The notes: generated by a model not told the origin, from the sequence alone. 64,000 nucleotides of DNA from an uncultured delta proteobacterium (GCA_963735595.1 CAVTLK010000004.1:512001-576000); one strand, 5' to 3'; positions 29,045-40,079 are shown, counted from the stretch's first letter. Numbers and translations are program-made.

Positions 29045-30850
29045 ATGGATTCTTCCTTTATAAAATACCTTGCGGTTTTTATTGCTTCGCTGGGGATCTC
29101 ACTCGTTGGGACCCGCGCGCTGATCTCGCTCGGCCCCGTAATAGGGTGGGTCGAAAAAATAAAAAAAGACCGCTGGCACTCCAAGCCGACGGCCAAGCTC
29201 GGCGGAATCGCCATATATATCGCCCTCATGGTCGTCACAATCCTCGCTTTCTGGCCCCCGACAGAGATGAAGATCATAGGGTTGTTAGCCGGTACGACCG
29301 TGATCTTTATTCTCGGTCTGGTCGACGATCTGAAATCCGTTTCTCCGGGGATTAAGATTGTCGTGGAGGTGGCCGCTGCGGCCGTGGTGGTTGCCTTCGG
29401 CGTCTATTCGGAATACTTCAACCCGTTTTTCGGTATTCCCCTCACGATCTTCTGGATAGTGGCGATTACCAATGCGTATAACCTCATCGATAACATGGAT
29501 GGCCTGGCTTCCGGGATTGCGGCGATTTCGGCCATGACCTTGTTCGCGCTGTCGGCGATTATGGGCTGGGCGGACACGGCAATCCTCTCGGCCGTGATGT
29601 GCGGGGCGGCACTCGGATTTCTGCACTATAACTTTAATCCTGCGCGGATCTTCATGGGGGACTGCGGGGCGCTGACGATCGGCTTTTATCTCTCGGTCGT
29701 TACGCTGATCGGGTCGATGACCTATATGAGCAACCTTATCCTGACACTCGTCGCCCCGATCCTCGTTATGGCGGTTCCGATACTTGATACGGCTTTCGTC
29801 ACGACTCTCAGGGCGGTTTCCGGCCGACGGGTCTACGAGGGCGGTAAGGACCACACCTCTCATCGCCTCGTTATCATGGGACTGTCTGAAAAAAGATCGG
29901 TCCTCGCGATATACCTCTTTTCGCTGGTCTTCGGCGGCTTCGCGGTGTTTCTCGCATTTCCGGGGGCAAGCTACCTGCTCGTCTGGACGCTCCTGGTCAT
30001 CTCCCTGGTATTTCTGTTTTTACTGGGGCTCTTCCTGAGCGGGCCGGATCTCAGGGAGATAGAGAACCGCGTTCGCGCCAACAAGGGTCCTAACGGGATC
30101 ATCGCGCTTCTCATTAAGAAAAGAAACATTGTCGTCAAGATCGCCGCCGATGCGTTGATTGTCGCGGCATCATATATCCTGGCCTACTACCTGATGGGAA
30201 ACGGCTCCGTCGGCCGGGCCGAGGGGGTCCTCATCGGGAGGTCTCTGCCTATATTCGTTTTTTTCCAGATGACCTCGTTCTACTTGTTCGGGATTTATCG
30301 CGGAGTATGGAAATATGTCTCGTTTGGGGATATGATACGGATCGTTGAGGCGGCCCTGGCGGGCACGGCGATCTCATCCCTTATCCTGTTTCTCTTCACC
30401 TTTTTTGCGGGCTATTCGGCGTCCCTGGTGATCGTCTATTTCTTTATCATGACCTTTTTCATAGCCGCGCGGGCTGCAAGCATCAGGGGCTTTACCGATT
30501 TTTTTACCCGCCATCGAGCCCGGCGGGCGGAAAAGAGGGTCCTTATCTTCGGGGCCGGGGACTCGGGTAACGCCGTCCTCCGGGAGATACTCAATAACGG
30601 CGGGCCGGACCGCCTGCCGCTGGCCTTCATCGATGACGATCCCTCCAAGGTCGGCAAGATCATCAATGGGATCGAGGTCCTGGGTACCCGCCACGATCTG
30701 GGCCGGGTAATCCGCGAGAATAAGGCCGACGAGGTAATCGTGGCCGTCAGTAATCTTCCCGCCGAGACCCGGCGGTATATTCAGCGTGTCTGCAAGGAAT
30801 TGGGAATCGCCGTTGTGAGGGTATCGGGAATCTTTACTGTAGATGGATAA
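29045..30850 (+). CDS. MraY/WecA-like polyprenyl-phosphate sugar-1-phosphate transferase fused to a CapD-like N-terminal membrane/Rossmann module
   Basis: GLVDD, NLIDNMDG, NFNPARIFMGD, DHTSHRL; C-terminal GIYRGVWKY, GAG.SG, FIDDD. Confidence 0.85.
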   Translation: MDSSFIKYLAVFIASLGISLVGTRALISLGPVIGWVEKIKKDRWHSKPTAKLGGIAIYIALMVVTILAFWPPTEMKIIGLLAGTTVIFILGLVDDLKSVSPGIKIVVEVAAAAVVVAFGVYSEYFNPFFGIPLTIFWIVAITNAYNLIDNMDGLASGIAAISAMTLFALSAIMGWADTAILSAVMCGAALGFLHYNFNPARIFMGDCGALTIGFYLSVVTLIGSMTYMSNLILTLVAPILVMAVPILDTAFVTTLRAVSGRRVYEGGKDHTSHRLVIMGLSEKRSVLAIYLFSLVFGGFAVFLAFPGASYLLVWTLLVISLVFLFLLGLFLSGPDLREIENRVRANKGPNGIIALLIKKRNIVVKIAADALIVAASYILAYYLMGNGSVGRAEGVLIGRSLPIFVFFQMTSFYLFGIYRGVWKYVSFGDMIRIVEAALAGTAISSLILFLFTFFAGYSASLVIVYFFIMTFFIAARAASIRGFTDFFTRHRARRAEKRVLIFGAGDSGNAVLREILNNGGPDRLPLAFIDDDPSKVGKIINGIEVLGTRHDLGRVIRENKADEVIVAVSNLPAETRRYIQRVCKELGIAVVRVSGIFTVDG

Positions 30851-31792
30851 CGATATGGAATGTCTGGTAACCGGGGGTGCCGGTTTCATCGGTTCGCACA
30901 TAGCTGAGACGCTCCTGAAGTCGGGCAGAAAGGTGCGTATTCTGGATAACTTTTACACCGGGAGGCGGCAAAATATTGCCTCGTTCGTCCGCGATATAGA
31001 GCTGATCGAAGGAGATCTCAGAGACCAGGGCGCCGTCGCCAGGGCGGTGCGCGGAGTGGACGTGGTCTTTCACCAGGCCGCCATACCGTCCGTCCCCCGT
31101 TCCGTCCGTGAGCCCCGGCTTACCCACGACGTGAATGTCAACGGCACCCTGGGGCTGCTTCTCGCGGCAAAGGACGCCGGGGTTTCGCGATTCGTGTACG
31201 CGTCGTCCTCCTCCGCTTACGGCGATACGCCGACGCTCCCCAAGGACGAAGAAATGCCCCCCTCGCCCCTGTCGCCTTATGCCGTTCAGAAGCTCATGGG
31301 GGAATACTATACCCGCGTATTCTACCTCGTCTACGGGATGCCGACGGTGGCGCTGCGTTACTTCAATGTCTTCGGCCCCCGGCAGGACCCCGCGTCGGAA
31401 TATGCCGCGGTCATCCCGAAGTTCATCACGCTGATGATGGGGGGAAACCACCCCTTATTTACGGAGACGGTGCCCAGACGCGGGACTTTACCTACATTGA
31501 AAACGTCGTTTCGGCCAATATACTGGCGGCCGACGACACCCGATGCCTGGGGGAAGTCATGAACATTTCCACCGGGCAGCAACTTGGTCTGATCGAGCTT
31601 GCCAAGGCAATCGGGAGCCTGCTGGGGACCTCGATCGACCCGACCTTTGATCCCCCCAGGGACGGCGATATCAAGCATTCGTTCGGCAGCATCGAAAAGG
31701 CACAGAGGCTGCTGGGGTATTCCGTGCGGGTCGGCATGGATGAGGGACTCGCTCGCACGATACGATGGTACCGGGAAGGGACGCCGACGTGA
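30843..31792 (+). CDS. NAD-dependent epimerase (UDP-GlcNAc/Glc 4-epimerase-like); frameshift in G-run near 31440
   Basis: TGGAGFIG, SSSAYG, YAVQK, RYFNVFGPRQ; IYGDGAQTRDFT resumes in shifted frame. Confidence 0.85.
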
Positions 31793-32751
31793 AAGGCGCG
31801 CCGAGGTTCTCATTCATCATCGTCTGTTTCAATAACCGGGTGCTCCTGCCGTCATGCATCGATTCGATCTACGGTACCGTTGAACGGTCGCGCCATGAGA
31901 TCATCGTCTCTGATAACGGATCGACGGACGGGAGCGATCGGCTCATTCGGGAGCAGTGGCCCGATATCCATCTCATCGAAAACGGAAGGAACCTCGGGTT
32001 TGCCGCGGCAGTCAATCGGGGAATCGCCGTGGCCCGGGGCGATTATATTGTGCTGATGAACTCAGACGCCCGGCTGACCCCGGGCGCCCTGGAGACGATC
32101 GGGCGGTTCATGGACGACCATCCCGATGTGGCGATTGCCGGAGGGCGGCTTATGGACCCTTCCGGAAGCTCCCCAGAACAGCGCGGCCGCCTTCCCGGGG
32201 ATGGCCACGGAATTCGGCCTTAAGCCGCTGCTCAAGATCCTTTTTCCGCGGCGTTTCCCGGGCAGTGCGGCGGGCAGGCGCGATCCTTTTGACGTCGATT
32301 CGATCATCGGGGCGCTCATGGTCGTGCGGATGGACGCCGTTCGGCGCGTGGGGGGGCTCGACGAGGACTACTTTTTCTTCCTCGAGGAGACCGATTGGTG
32401 CCTGAGGATGAAGCGGGCCGGGATGCGGGTAGTGGTCGTGCCGAAGGCGCGCATCATCCACGACCAGGGGAAAACCGCGAAGCGGTACCCGCTCAGGGCC
32501 AAGGTGGAATATTACCGCTCGCTGGTTACCTTCATGGAGAAGAACCGCGGACGATTTCTACCGAGCGGTCTTTGTTGGAGGACTCGTGATCCGGTTCAGC
32601 GTGGATATTCTGCTGCAGGCGCTGTATGTGCTGTGTTACCCTGTTTATTGCCCGGAGTCCCCGGGAGCGATGCAAGCGGTATGCGGGCCTCCTCGTATGG
32701 GTCCTCCTGGGGCGGCCCGCCTCATGGGGACTTTCCGGTATCAATCAGTAG
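31789..32751 (+). CDS. Glycosyltransferase family 2 (several apparent frameshifts)
   Basis: DNGSTDG, NLGFAAAVN, NSD, FFLEETDWC; C-terminus ...GRPASWGL in a shifted frame. Confidence 0.75.
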
Positions 32752-32760
32752 CGGAGACGT

Positions 32761-33798
32761 GTGCCAATGGACCAGTTATACCCGACGATAGACATGATTG
32801 GCTGTATCGACCGGTTCGGTGAGGCGGGGGTCCTCGTCGTAGGGGACGTCATGGTCGATGAGTTCGTCTGGGGAAGAGTGGAGCGGATATCCCCCGAGGC
32901 GCCGGTCCCGGTTGTGGAGGTTCAGCGTGAGGCGCTGCTGTTGGGCGGCGGCGCAAACGTTGTCAATAATATTCGGGCGCTGGGCGGCCGTGTTTTCCTG
33001 GCCGGCGTCGTGGGTAAGGACGCGATGGGCGGCCACCTCATCGACGAGCTGGCCAAGATCGGGGTTGCGCCGGACGGGATCGTAACGCTCTCGGACCGAC
33101 CCACTACCATCAAGACACGCGTGATAGCCCACCATCAGCAGGTCGTTCGAGTTGACCGTGAAAGACGCATAAAGATCGACAAGGAGACGACCGACAGGAT
33201 CATCGGGTATGCCCGGTCTCTCGGCACACAGATCCGCGCCATTATTATCTCCGACTACGGGAAGGGGGTCATCAACGAGCGTCTCGTCTCCGGCCTTGTC
33301 GATTACGCCGCAAAGAACGACCTGATCGTCTCGGTCGACCCGAAAGTGGAAAACTTCTCGATATACAGGAACGTGACCGTTATCACTCCCAACCACCACG
33401 AGGCCGCCAGCGGAGTCCACCACAAGATTGTCGATGACGAGAGCCTCCTGGCTACCGGAAGACTCATACTCTCCAGGCTCGGCTGTAAAAACGTCATCAT
33501 TACCCGTGGAGAGGACGGGATGACCCTCTTCGAGGCGCCGGGCGGTATCGTCCACATCCCGACGGTGGCGCGCGAGGTCTTTGATGTGACCGGCGCCGGG
33601 GATACCGTTATATCGACGCTGACGCTGGCGCTGGCAGCCGGCGCCGGCATGCGGGATGCCGCGGTTATCTCCAACTACGCCGCAGGCATCGTCGTGGGTA
33701 AGGTTGGAACGGCAGTCACTACCGCCGGGGAACTAAAGGAAGAAATACGGCGCGCTATCGACGCCAAGGAAAGGCCCGGCGCACCGGGCAGGTCATAA
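32761..33798 (+). CDS. rfaE1: D-glycero-beta-D-manno-heptose-7-phosphate kinase (stand-alone HldE domain I)
   Basis: RISPEAPVPVV, SDYGKG, TPN, DVTGAGDT. Confidence 0.93.
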   Translation: MPMDQLYPTIDMIGCIDRFGEAGVLVVGDVMVDEFVWGRVERISPEAPVPVVEVQREALLLGGGANVVNNIRALGGRVFLAGVVGKDAMGGHLIDELAKIGVAPDGIVTLSDRPTTIKTRVIAHHQQVVRVDRERRIKIDKETTDRIIGYARSLGTQIRAIIISDYGKGVINERLVSGLVDYAAKNDLIVSVDPKVENFSIYRNVTVITPNHHEAASGVHHKIVDDESLLATGRLILSRLGCKNVIITRGEDGMTLFEAPGGIVHIPTVAREVFDVTGAGDTVISTLTLALAAGAGMRDAAVISNYAAGIVVGKVGTAVTTAGELKEEIRRAIDAKERPGAPGRS

Positions 33799-33848
33799 GG
33801 CGACGGGATATCCCGATCGCAGACAGTAACAAGGGAGACGGTGACTGT

Positions 33849-34731
33849 ATGAAGACAGTCTGTTCGATGACCGGATACGGCGAAGGGACGTGGGATTCAA
33901 GCGAGGCGACCTATCTGCTCGTTGCCAAGTCGCTCAATCACCGGTTCTTGGAGACGCGGGTAAAGCTCCCGCCGAAATACGATGCATGGGAATTCGAGAT
34001 ACAGCGAAAGATCAAGGAGCGCTTTGACCGGGGACGAATAGACCTCGTGGTCACGGAGGCGGCGGGGCAGCAGAAGAAGACGATGCCGGCCATGGATCTT
34101 GATCTGGCCGCCCGGTACGTTGAACTGATGAACGCGCTCAAGGACGACCTCTCGCTTCCCGGAGAGGTGAACCTGGATATCGTCTGCCGGATGCGGGATG
34201 TCATCTATCAGTCGGCGCCGACACTCGATATGCAGAACGCCTGGGCAGAGTTTGAGCCGATTCTCGAAGGGGTTTTAGAGCGGCTGGAAAAGAGCCGCGC
34301 CCAGGAAGGGGAGGCGCTGTCGGCCGACCTCATGGGACGGCTGGAACACCTGCGGCAGATCAGCTGCGGCCGTCGAGAAAGAGGCCCCCGGGATGATCAC
34401 GCACTTTCGGGAGCGATTGATCGGGCGGATCAAGGAACTTTCCGACGACCGCCTCAACGTCGACCGGATCGAGGAGGAGGTGGTGATCTTCTCCGATCGC
34501 GTCGACTTTACCGAGGAGTTGGTCAGGCTTACGGCCCATGTCGGCGCGTTCGGCCGGACGATTGAGGCCGGCGGACCGATGGGAAGGAAGCTCGACTTCC
34601 TGCTCCAGGAGATGGGACGCGAGATCAACACGATCGGCAACAAAAACGTGAGCTCGGATATCTCCGAGCAGGTCGTTTCAGCGAAGGTGGAGCTTGAAAA
34701 GATGAGGCAGCAGGTTCAAAATATCGAGTAG
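33849..34731 (+). CDS. yicC: YicC/YloC family endoribonuclease (frameshift near 34362)
   Basis: SMTGYG, SLNHRFLE; C-terminal GRKLDFLLQEM.RE.NT, QVQNIE. Confidence 0.88.
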
Positions 34732-34740
34732 GACTGGCAC

Positions 34741-35013
34741 ATGGAATTAAAGCTATTGAGTCTCGGGTTCGGAAACTCCGTCATCGTCAGCCGGATCGTC
34801 GCGGTCCTTTCCCCCGATTCATCGCCGATGAAACGGCTCAAAGACGAGGCAAAAGGCAAGGGCCTCTTGATAGACGCAACTCACGGCAGGAAGACGCGCT
34901 CCATCATCATCACCGATTCGCATCATGTCATCCTTTCGGCGGTGCAGTCCGACACGATTGCCCAGCGCCTGGCCGCCGACGACCGGACCGAAAAGAAGTG
35001 GGGCGCACAGTAG
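34741..35013 (+). CDS. DUF370/RemA family protein
   Basis: [28 protein letters not shown]; conserved yicC-remA-gmk order. Confidence 0.88.
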   Translation: MELKLLSLGFGNSVIVSRIVAVLSPDSSPMKRLKDEAKGKGLLIDATHGRKTRSIIITDSHHVILSAVQSDTIAQRLAADDRTEKKWGAQ

Positions 35014-35045
35014 CGCCCGAGGCAACCGGGGGAATACCGAGTACC

Positions 35046-35679
35046 ATGAACCAACCGATTACCGATACGCCACAAACGGGGATCGCCTTTATCCTCTCGG
35101 CGCCGTCCGGCGCGGGGAAGACGACGATTGCCCGTGAGGCGGTCAATAGGATCGGGAAAATCCGCATCAGCGTCAGCCACACCACCAGGAGGCCGCGACC
35201 GCGCGAGACCGACGGAACGGATTACCACTTCGTTACCTCCGAGCGTTTTACCCTGATGCAGGACGAGGGGGCGTTTCTCGAGGCGGCATGACGTCCACGG
35301 CAACTGGTACGGCACCCACGAGGGAGAGGTGCTTCCGTATATTTCCGCAGGTACCGACGTGATCCTGGATATCGACGTCCAGGGGGCGCTGATCATCAGG
35401 GAGAAGATCAACGCGGTGCTCATCTTCATCCTCCCCCCGAGCATGGAAGAGCTGATGCGCAGGCTCAGGGTTCGTGATACCGAGGAGCAGGACGCGATAA
35501 AACGCCGGATTGAAAACGCCCGCCGTGAGATCTCCCAGGCATCATACTACGACTACCTGGTGATCAACGACGATTTCTCCCGGGCAGTGGCTGACGTTAC
35601 AACCATCATCGGAGCCGCCAGGATGGGTATGGTCCGTAACCGCGAGGTTATCGATGAGTTCATCAAGAACAACAAATAG
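35046..35679 (+). CDS. gmk: Guanylate kinase (frameshift near 35287)
   Basis: SAPSGAGKTT, SHTTR.PR, VHGNWYGT, DIDVQGA, YDYLVIND. Confidence 0.9.
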
Positions 35680-36381
35680 CGGCCCGCGAAAAGATCGAAT
35701 CATCGTCGCGCTGGATCAGGAAGACCTGGCCGCGGCGCAAAGGCTCGTGAAGTCGCTTTCCGGCCTCATCTCCTTTTTCAAGGTGGGCAGCGAGCTGTTT
35801 TCGGCCGCCGGTCCCGACGCCGTCAGGATGGTGCGTGACGGCGGGGCGGAGGTATTCCTCGATCTCAAGTATCACGACATCCCCAACACGGTCTCGCGGG
35901 CGGTGCGGAGCTGCGGCCGGCCTCGGGGTTTCGCTCGTAAACGTCCATACGCTGGGCGGTGTCCAGATGATGCGGGCGGCGGCCGACTCGGCGCGCGAAA
36001 TAGATCCCCGATACCCGCGTTATCGGCGTCACGGTATTGACCTCCATGGACGCAACCGACCTGTTGCGGGTGGGTATCGACGACGCGCCCGAGGAGGCGG
36101 TTGTGAGGCTGGCGCGGCTGGCGCGCGAGGCGGGTCTTGCCGGCGTGGTATCGTCCGCCCGGGAGGTGGCGCGGCTCCGGGAGGAGTTCGGTCCCGGTTT
36201 TATCCTCATGACCCCCGGCATCAGGCCCGCGGGCGCAGACGTGGGCGACCAGAAACGGATCGTGACGCCGCGCGAGGCCTTCGAGGCCGGCGCGGACTAT
36301 ATCGTGGTGGGAAGGCCGATCGCGGCGGCGCCCGACCCGCGGGCGGCGGCCGAATCGATTATCGAGGAGATCGGGGAGTAA
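35654..36381 (+). CDS. pyrF: Orotidine-5'-phosphate decarboxylase (frameshifts near 35910 and 36008)
   Basis: IIVALD, FKVG, FLDLKYHDIPNTV, VTVLTS, TPGIRP, DQKR, VGRPI. Confidence 0.9.
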
Positions 36382-36442
36382 GCGGCGCGACCCACAGTAT
36401 CCGTCGCGATCGTCCATTCCAAAGAACTACGCCATATATATA

Positions 36443-36482
36443 GTCATTGCGAGGAGGCCGTCAGGCCGACGCGGCAATCCCC
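36443..36482 (+). repeat. CGTC-type palindromic repeat, second copy
   Basis: GTCATTGCGAGGAGGCC-GTCA-GGCCGACGCGGCAATCCCC, matches 10032-10073. Confidence 0.8.
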
Positions 36483-36583
36483 GTGATTGCCAGGAGGCCG
36501 TGGACTCGGCAATGCGCTTCGGCGCCCGCGAAGGACGGCATTGACAAGTGAAACCTGCCAGTATTCTTGAATCTCGTGGCCTT

Positions 36584-37236
36584 CTATCGCAGTGACTTAA
36601 CGAACACCAGCGTCCTGACTGTCGGCGGGGACTTCTTTTCCCAGAGCTTGGTGGGGAGCTCCTTGAAGACGGTGAAGCCCTCCTTGCGGTAAAAGGGGAG
36701 GGCCTTTTTGTTCTCGGTGGAGGTGACCAGGTGCACGCCCGGGCGCGCCGGCCGCGCGCATCGAGTCTAAGAACCGCGCCATGAGGCGGCCGCCGAGGCC
36801 CTGCCGCTGATACTCGGGCAAGACGTTCATGTGCAGGTGGGCGGGGAATTTCGTGACAAGGTCTTCGGTGAAGAGCTCCTTTTCGTACTCGGCGTGATCG
36901 GTAAGGCCCAACAGAAACAGGACGTCGCCCGGATGGCGGAAGAGCGTCCGGGTGAACGCGCGCCTGATGATCCGGGGGACGATGAGGCGGTCAAACGCCT
37001 CACGCTGCGCCCCGGTGTCGGCTGACCCGATGATGTAGCCGACGGCCTTTCCGTTGTCGTCGGCCACGAAAGCAGTGCTCCGGCTCATAGTCGAGATAGT
37101 AGGCGGCAAAGAGGAGGCCGAAGAGCTCGGCGTCCTTGAAATAGGGCGCCGCGTCTTCACCGAAATAGCCGGTCCGGTGGCAGATCGTGACGACGGCGTC
37201 CCGGTCCCTTTTCTCGTATCTCCTGATTTCGACCAT
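36584..37236 (-). CDS. GNAT family N-acetyltransferase (frameshifts near 37075 and 36740)
   Basis: IRRY...D, PAHLHMNVLPEYQRQGLG, GVHL...N..A..FY.K.GF. Confidence 0.8.
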
Positions 37237-37329
37237 GACGCGAGTATACGAGATATCTCCCCGGAAGGCAACGGGGATATTTTGGAGCTCCTGGACCGGG
37301 GTACCCGCCCCAATATTTACATATTATAA

Positions 37330-37358
37330 TTGACTTATTGCCGGAAATATGATAATAA
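37330..37358 (+). promoter_or_regulatory. Putative sigma70 promoter of the Hint-protein gene
   Basis: TTGACT (37330-37335), 17 nt, TAATAA (37353-37358) in an AT-rich divergent spacer. Confidence 0.45.
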
Positions 37359-37386
37359 TGGTAGCCTATCATCAAAGGAGGCTGCT

Positions 37387-38179
37387 ATGAAGAGACGTAG
37401 TCTTTTATCGGTCGTCTTTGCGCTATCTTTTCTCCTTGTCCTTTCGCTCTCGGCGGGCGCCGTCGAGGGGATTCTGGTCGGCCCGGAAGGTCTGCCGCTG
37501 GAGGGGTTCTCGAATGTCTACATCATCGACGGCAAGCCCCAGCCGGTCTATAATTTTGCGGAACACACGTGGTACGACGTCTTCATCGTCGGAACGGACG
37601 AAAACGGGGTGCCGATCTGCAACGTTGCCCCGGACCCGTCCGACAACCAGGAACAGGGACGCGATAAGGGGAACCAAAGGAGATTCGAGTGCTTCTCCGG
37701 CACCACACTCGTGCTGATGGCCGACGGCTCGGCGAAGATGATCAAGGATATCGCAATCGGCGAGAAGGTCATGGGATACGATCTGGCTGCCGGGCGGCTT
37801 TACCTCGTGCGAGGTGGTCGACAACTACCCGACGGTCAAGAGCGACTATTACATCCTCAACGGCCTGAAGGTCACGGCGGGCCACCCGTTCTACGCCAGG
37901 AACTTCGGCCCCACCCCGGCGAGCCTCGGGCCGGCTCCGGTAACGACCGTCATGACCCAGGACCTGAAGCCATACGCGACGCTCTACGGTTTCAACCCGG
38001 CGAAGGACTCAGGGCTCAAGAAGATCACCCTCACCTCCGTTATCCATGTCAGCGAGCCCGGGACGTTCTATAACCTCCAGGTGGACGGGACCAGGAATTT
38101 CTTCGTGTCGCCGGACGGAAAGGTATTTGTCGTGGCCGGCGTGAAAATTAAATTTAGTGTACTAACAAGAGCAATCTGA
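37387..38179 (+). CDS. Secreted Hint-domain protein (frameshift near 37800)
   Basis: AAGGAGG SD, signal peptide; Hint blocks CFSGTTLVLMADG, VTAGHPF, FYNLQVDGTRNFFV. Confidence 0.8.
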
Positions 38180-38190
38180 ATGAACCTTCC

Positions 38191-38230
38191 GACAGAGTCC
38201 CCGCCCCCGGGCGGGGACTCTGTTCTTTTC
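38191..38230 (+). terminator. Intrinsic terminator
   Basis: ACAGAGTCCCCGCCC/GGGCGGGGACTCTGT stem followed by TCTTTTC. Confidence 0.8.
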
Positions 38231-38401
38231 TAAAAAGGCGCTGTGACCGGCTCGTACAACAGGCATTTACGTCGAAAGCCTCGGGATCCGATCGTGGACG
38301 TTCGATCGGTCCGCGGTTTGTGCCTAATCCCGCGTGGCTCGTGAGAGCCGGCCGTCGGCACGACATTTTCGCCCCTGCCTCAAAATAATTTCAGAAATAT
38401 C

Positions 38402-38430
38402 TTGACATTTCCGTCGTTTTTCTACACAAT
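38402..38430 (+). promoter_or_regulatory. Putative promoter of the tRNA-tuf operon
   Basis: TTGACA (38402-38407), 17 nt, CACAAT (38425-38430). Confidence 0.55.
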
Positions 38431-38452
38431 AGTAATTTTAGATTGCCAGATT

Positions 38453-38528
38453 GCTGGCGTAGCTCAACTGGTAGAGCAGCTGATTTGTAATCAGCAGGTT
38501 GCGGGTTCGAGTCCCATCGCCAGCTCCA
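38453..38528 (+). tRNA. tRNA-Thr(TGT)
   Basis: Cloverleaf, anticodon arm CTGAT-TTGTAAT, TTCGA, encoded CCA. Confidence 0.96.
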
Positions 38529-38560
38529 TTGAGCGTTCCGTGTTCTTTGATAGTAATACC

Positions 38561-38645
<85 letters not shown>

Positions 38646-38656
38646 TAGCAAGAAAC

Positions 38657-38732
38657 GCGGGAATAGCTCAGTGGCTAGAGCGTCAGCCTTCCAAGCTGAG
38701 GGTCGCGGGTTCGAATCCCGTTTCCCGCTCCA
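38657..38732 (+). tRNA. tRNA-Gly(TCC)
   Basis: Cloverleaf, CTTCCAA loop, CCA. Confidence 0.96.
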
Positions 38733-38745
38733 GGTCGCAGCGGCG

Positions 38746-38821
38746 GCCCACGTAGCTCAGTCGGTGGAGCACTTCCTTGGTAAGGAAGAGGTCCCCGGTT
38801 CAAGTCCGGGCGTGGGCTCCA
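38746..38821 (+). tRNA. tRNA-Thr(GGT)
   Basis: Cloverleaf, TTGGTAA loop, CCA. Confidence 0.95.
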
Positions 38822-38869
38822 TACAAACATATTTATAAAATATAGGCCTTTTCGTGGAGGGACAGTCAT

Positions 38870-40070
38870 ATGGCAAAGAAGAAGTTTGAGCGGACGAAGC
38901 CGCACGTGAACGTTGGGACGATCGGTCACATTGACCACGGCAAGACGACGTTGACGGCGGCGATTACGCGTGTGCTGGCGGCGCAGGGCAAGGGTTTTGC
39001 GGATTACGTACCGTTTGACCAGATTGACAAGGCGCCGGAGGAGAAGGAGCGCGGTATCACGATTGCGACGGCGCACGTGGAGTACTCAGACGGAGAAGCG
39101 GCACTATGCGCACGTGGACTGTCCCGGGCACGCGGACTATATCAAGAACATGATTACGGGCGCGGCGCAGATGGACGGTGCGATTTTGGTTGTTGGCGCC
39201 AACGACGGTCCGATGCCTCAGACGCGGGAGCACATATTGCTGGCGCGGCAGGTTGGCGTTCCGTACATGGTGGTATTTTTAAACAAGGTTGACATGGTTG
39301 ACGATCCGGAGCTGATCGAGCTGGTAGAGCTGGAGCTTCGGGAGTTGTTGACTGCGTACGAGTTTCCGGGTGAGGAGATACCGATCATTCGGGGCAGTGC
39401 GTTGAAGGCATTGGAGAGCGGTGATCCGAATAGTCCGGACACGAAGTGCATATTCGAGTTACTGGACGCATTGGACAGCTACATTCCGGTGCCGGAGCGT
39501 CCGGTTGATAAGCCCTTCCTGATGCCGATCGAGGACGTATTTTCGATTTCGGGACGTGGGACGGTTGTGACGGGCCGTATTGACCGGGGTATTGTAAAGA
39601 CGGGCGAGGAGGTAGAGATTGTTGGTATTCGTCCGACGGTCAAGACGGTATGCACGGGCGTGGAGATGTTCAGGAAGACGCTGGACGAGGGCCGCGCGGG
39701 GGACAACGTTGGGGTATTGCTGCGGGGCACGAAGCGGGACGATGTAGAGCGTGGGCAGGTTGTGGCCAAGCCGGGCAGCATCAAGCCGCACAAGAAGTTC
39801 AAGGCGTCGGTATATATATTGACGAAGGAAGAGGGTGGTCGCCACACGCCGTTTTTCCCCGGGTATCGTCCGCAGTTTTATTTTCGGACGACTGACGTGA
39901 CGGGAGTGTGCACGTTGCCTGAGGGGACGGAGATGGTGATGCCGGGGGATAACACGAATTTGGCCATTGAGTTGATCACGCCGATCGCGATGGAGAAAGA
40001 GCTTCGATTCGCGATTCGCGAGGGCGGCAGGACCGTGGGCGCCGGCGTCGTCAGCGACATCATGGAGTAA
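38870..40070 (+). CDS. tuf: Elongation factor Tu, copy 1 (one extra base near 39088)
   Basis: [18 protein letters not shown]; nearly identical to 55686-56885. Confidence 0.95.
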
Positions 40071-40079
40071 GGCGATACC

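Noticed and set aside
1106..33798. HldE split into separate adenylyltransferase and kinase genes 31 kb apart
   Set aside because: Split rfaE1/rfaE2 genes are well known in many bacteria.
35280..35295. In-frame TGA in gmk as selenocysteine or readthrough
   Set aside because: The conserved VHGNWYGT continues in a different frame, so this is an indel, not recoding.
35046..36381. gmk followed by pyrF rather than rpoZ
   Set aside because: Ordinary gene-order variation; rpoZ may lie elsewhere.
37690..38150. Classical intein interrupting a host gene
   Set aside because: No terminal His-Asn plus nucleophile, no C-extein and no endonuclease; treated as a stand-alone Hint domain.
38760..38770. tRNA-Thr(GGT) D-loop ends in G instead of the usual A
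   Set aside because: Single-base deviation in an error-prone interval; cannot be trusted without reads.
38870..40070. Programmed frameshift or pseudogene in tuf copy 1
   Set aside because: No slippery site, the rest is nearly identical to the intact copy, and it sits in an indel-rich interval; most likely a consensus error.
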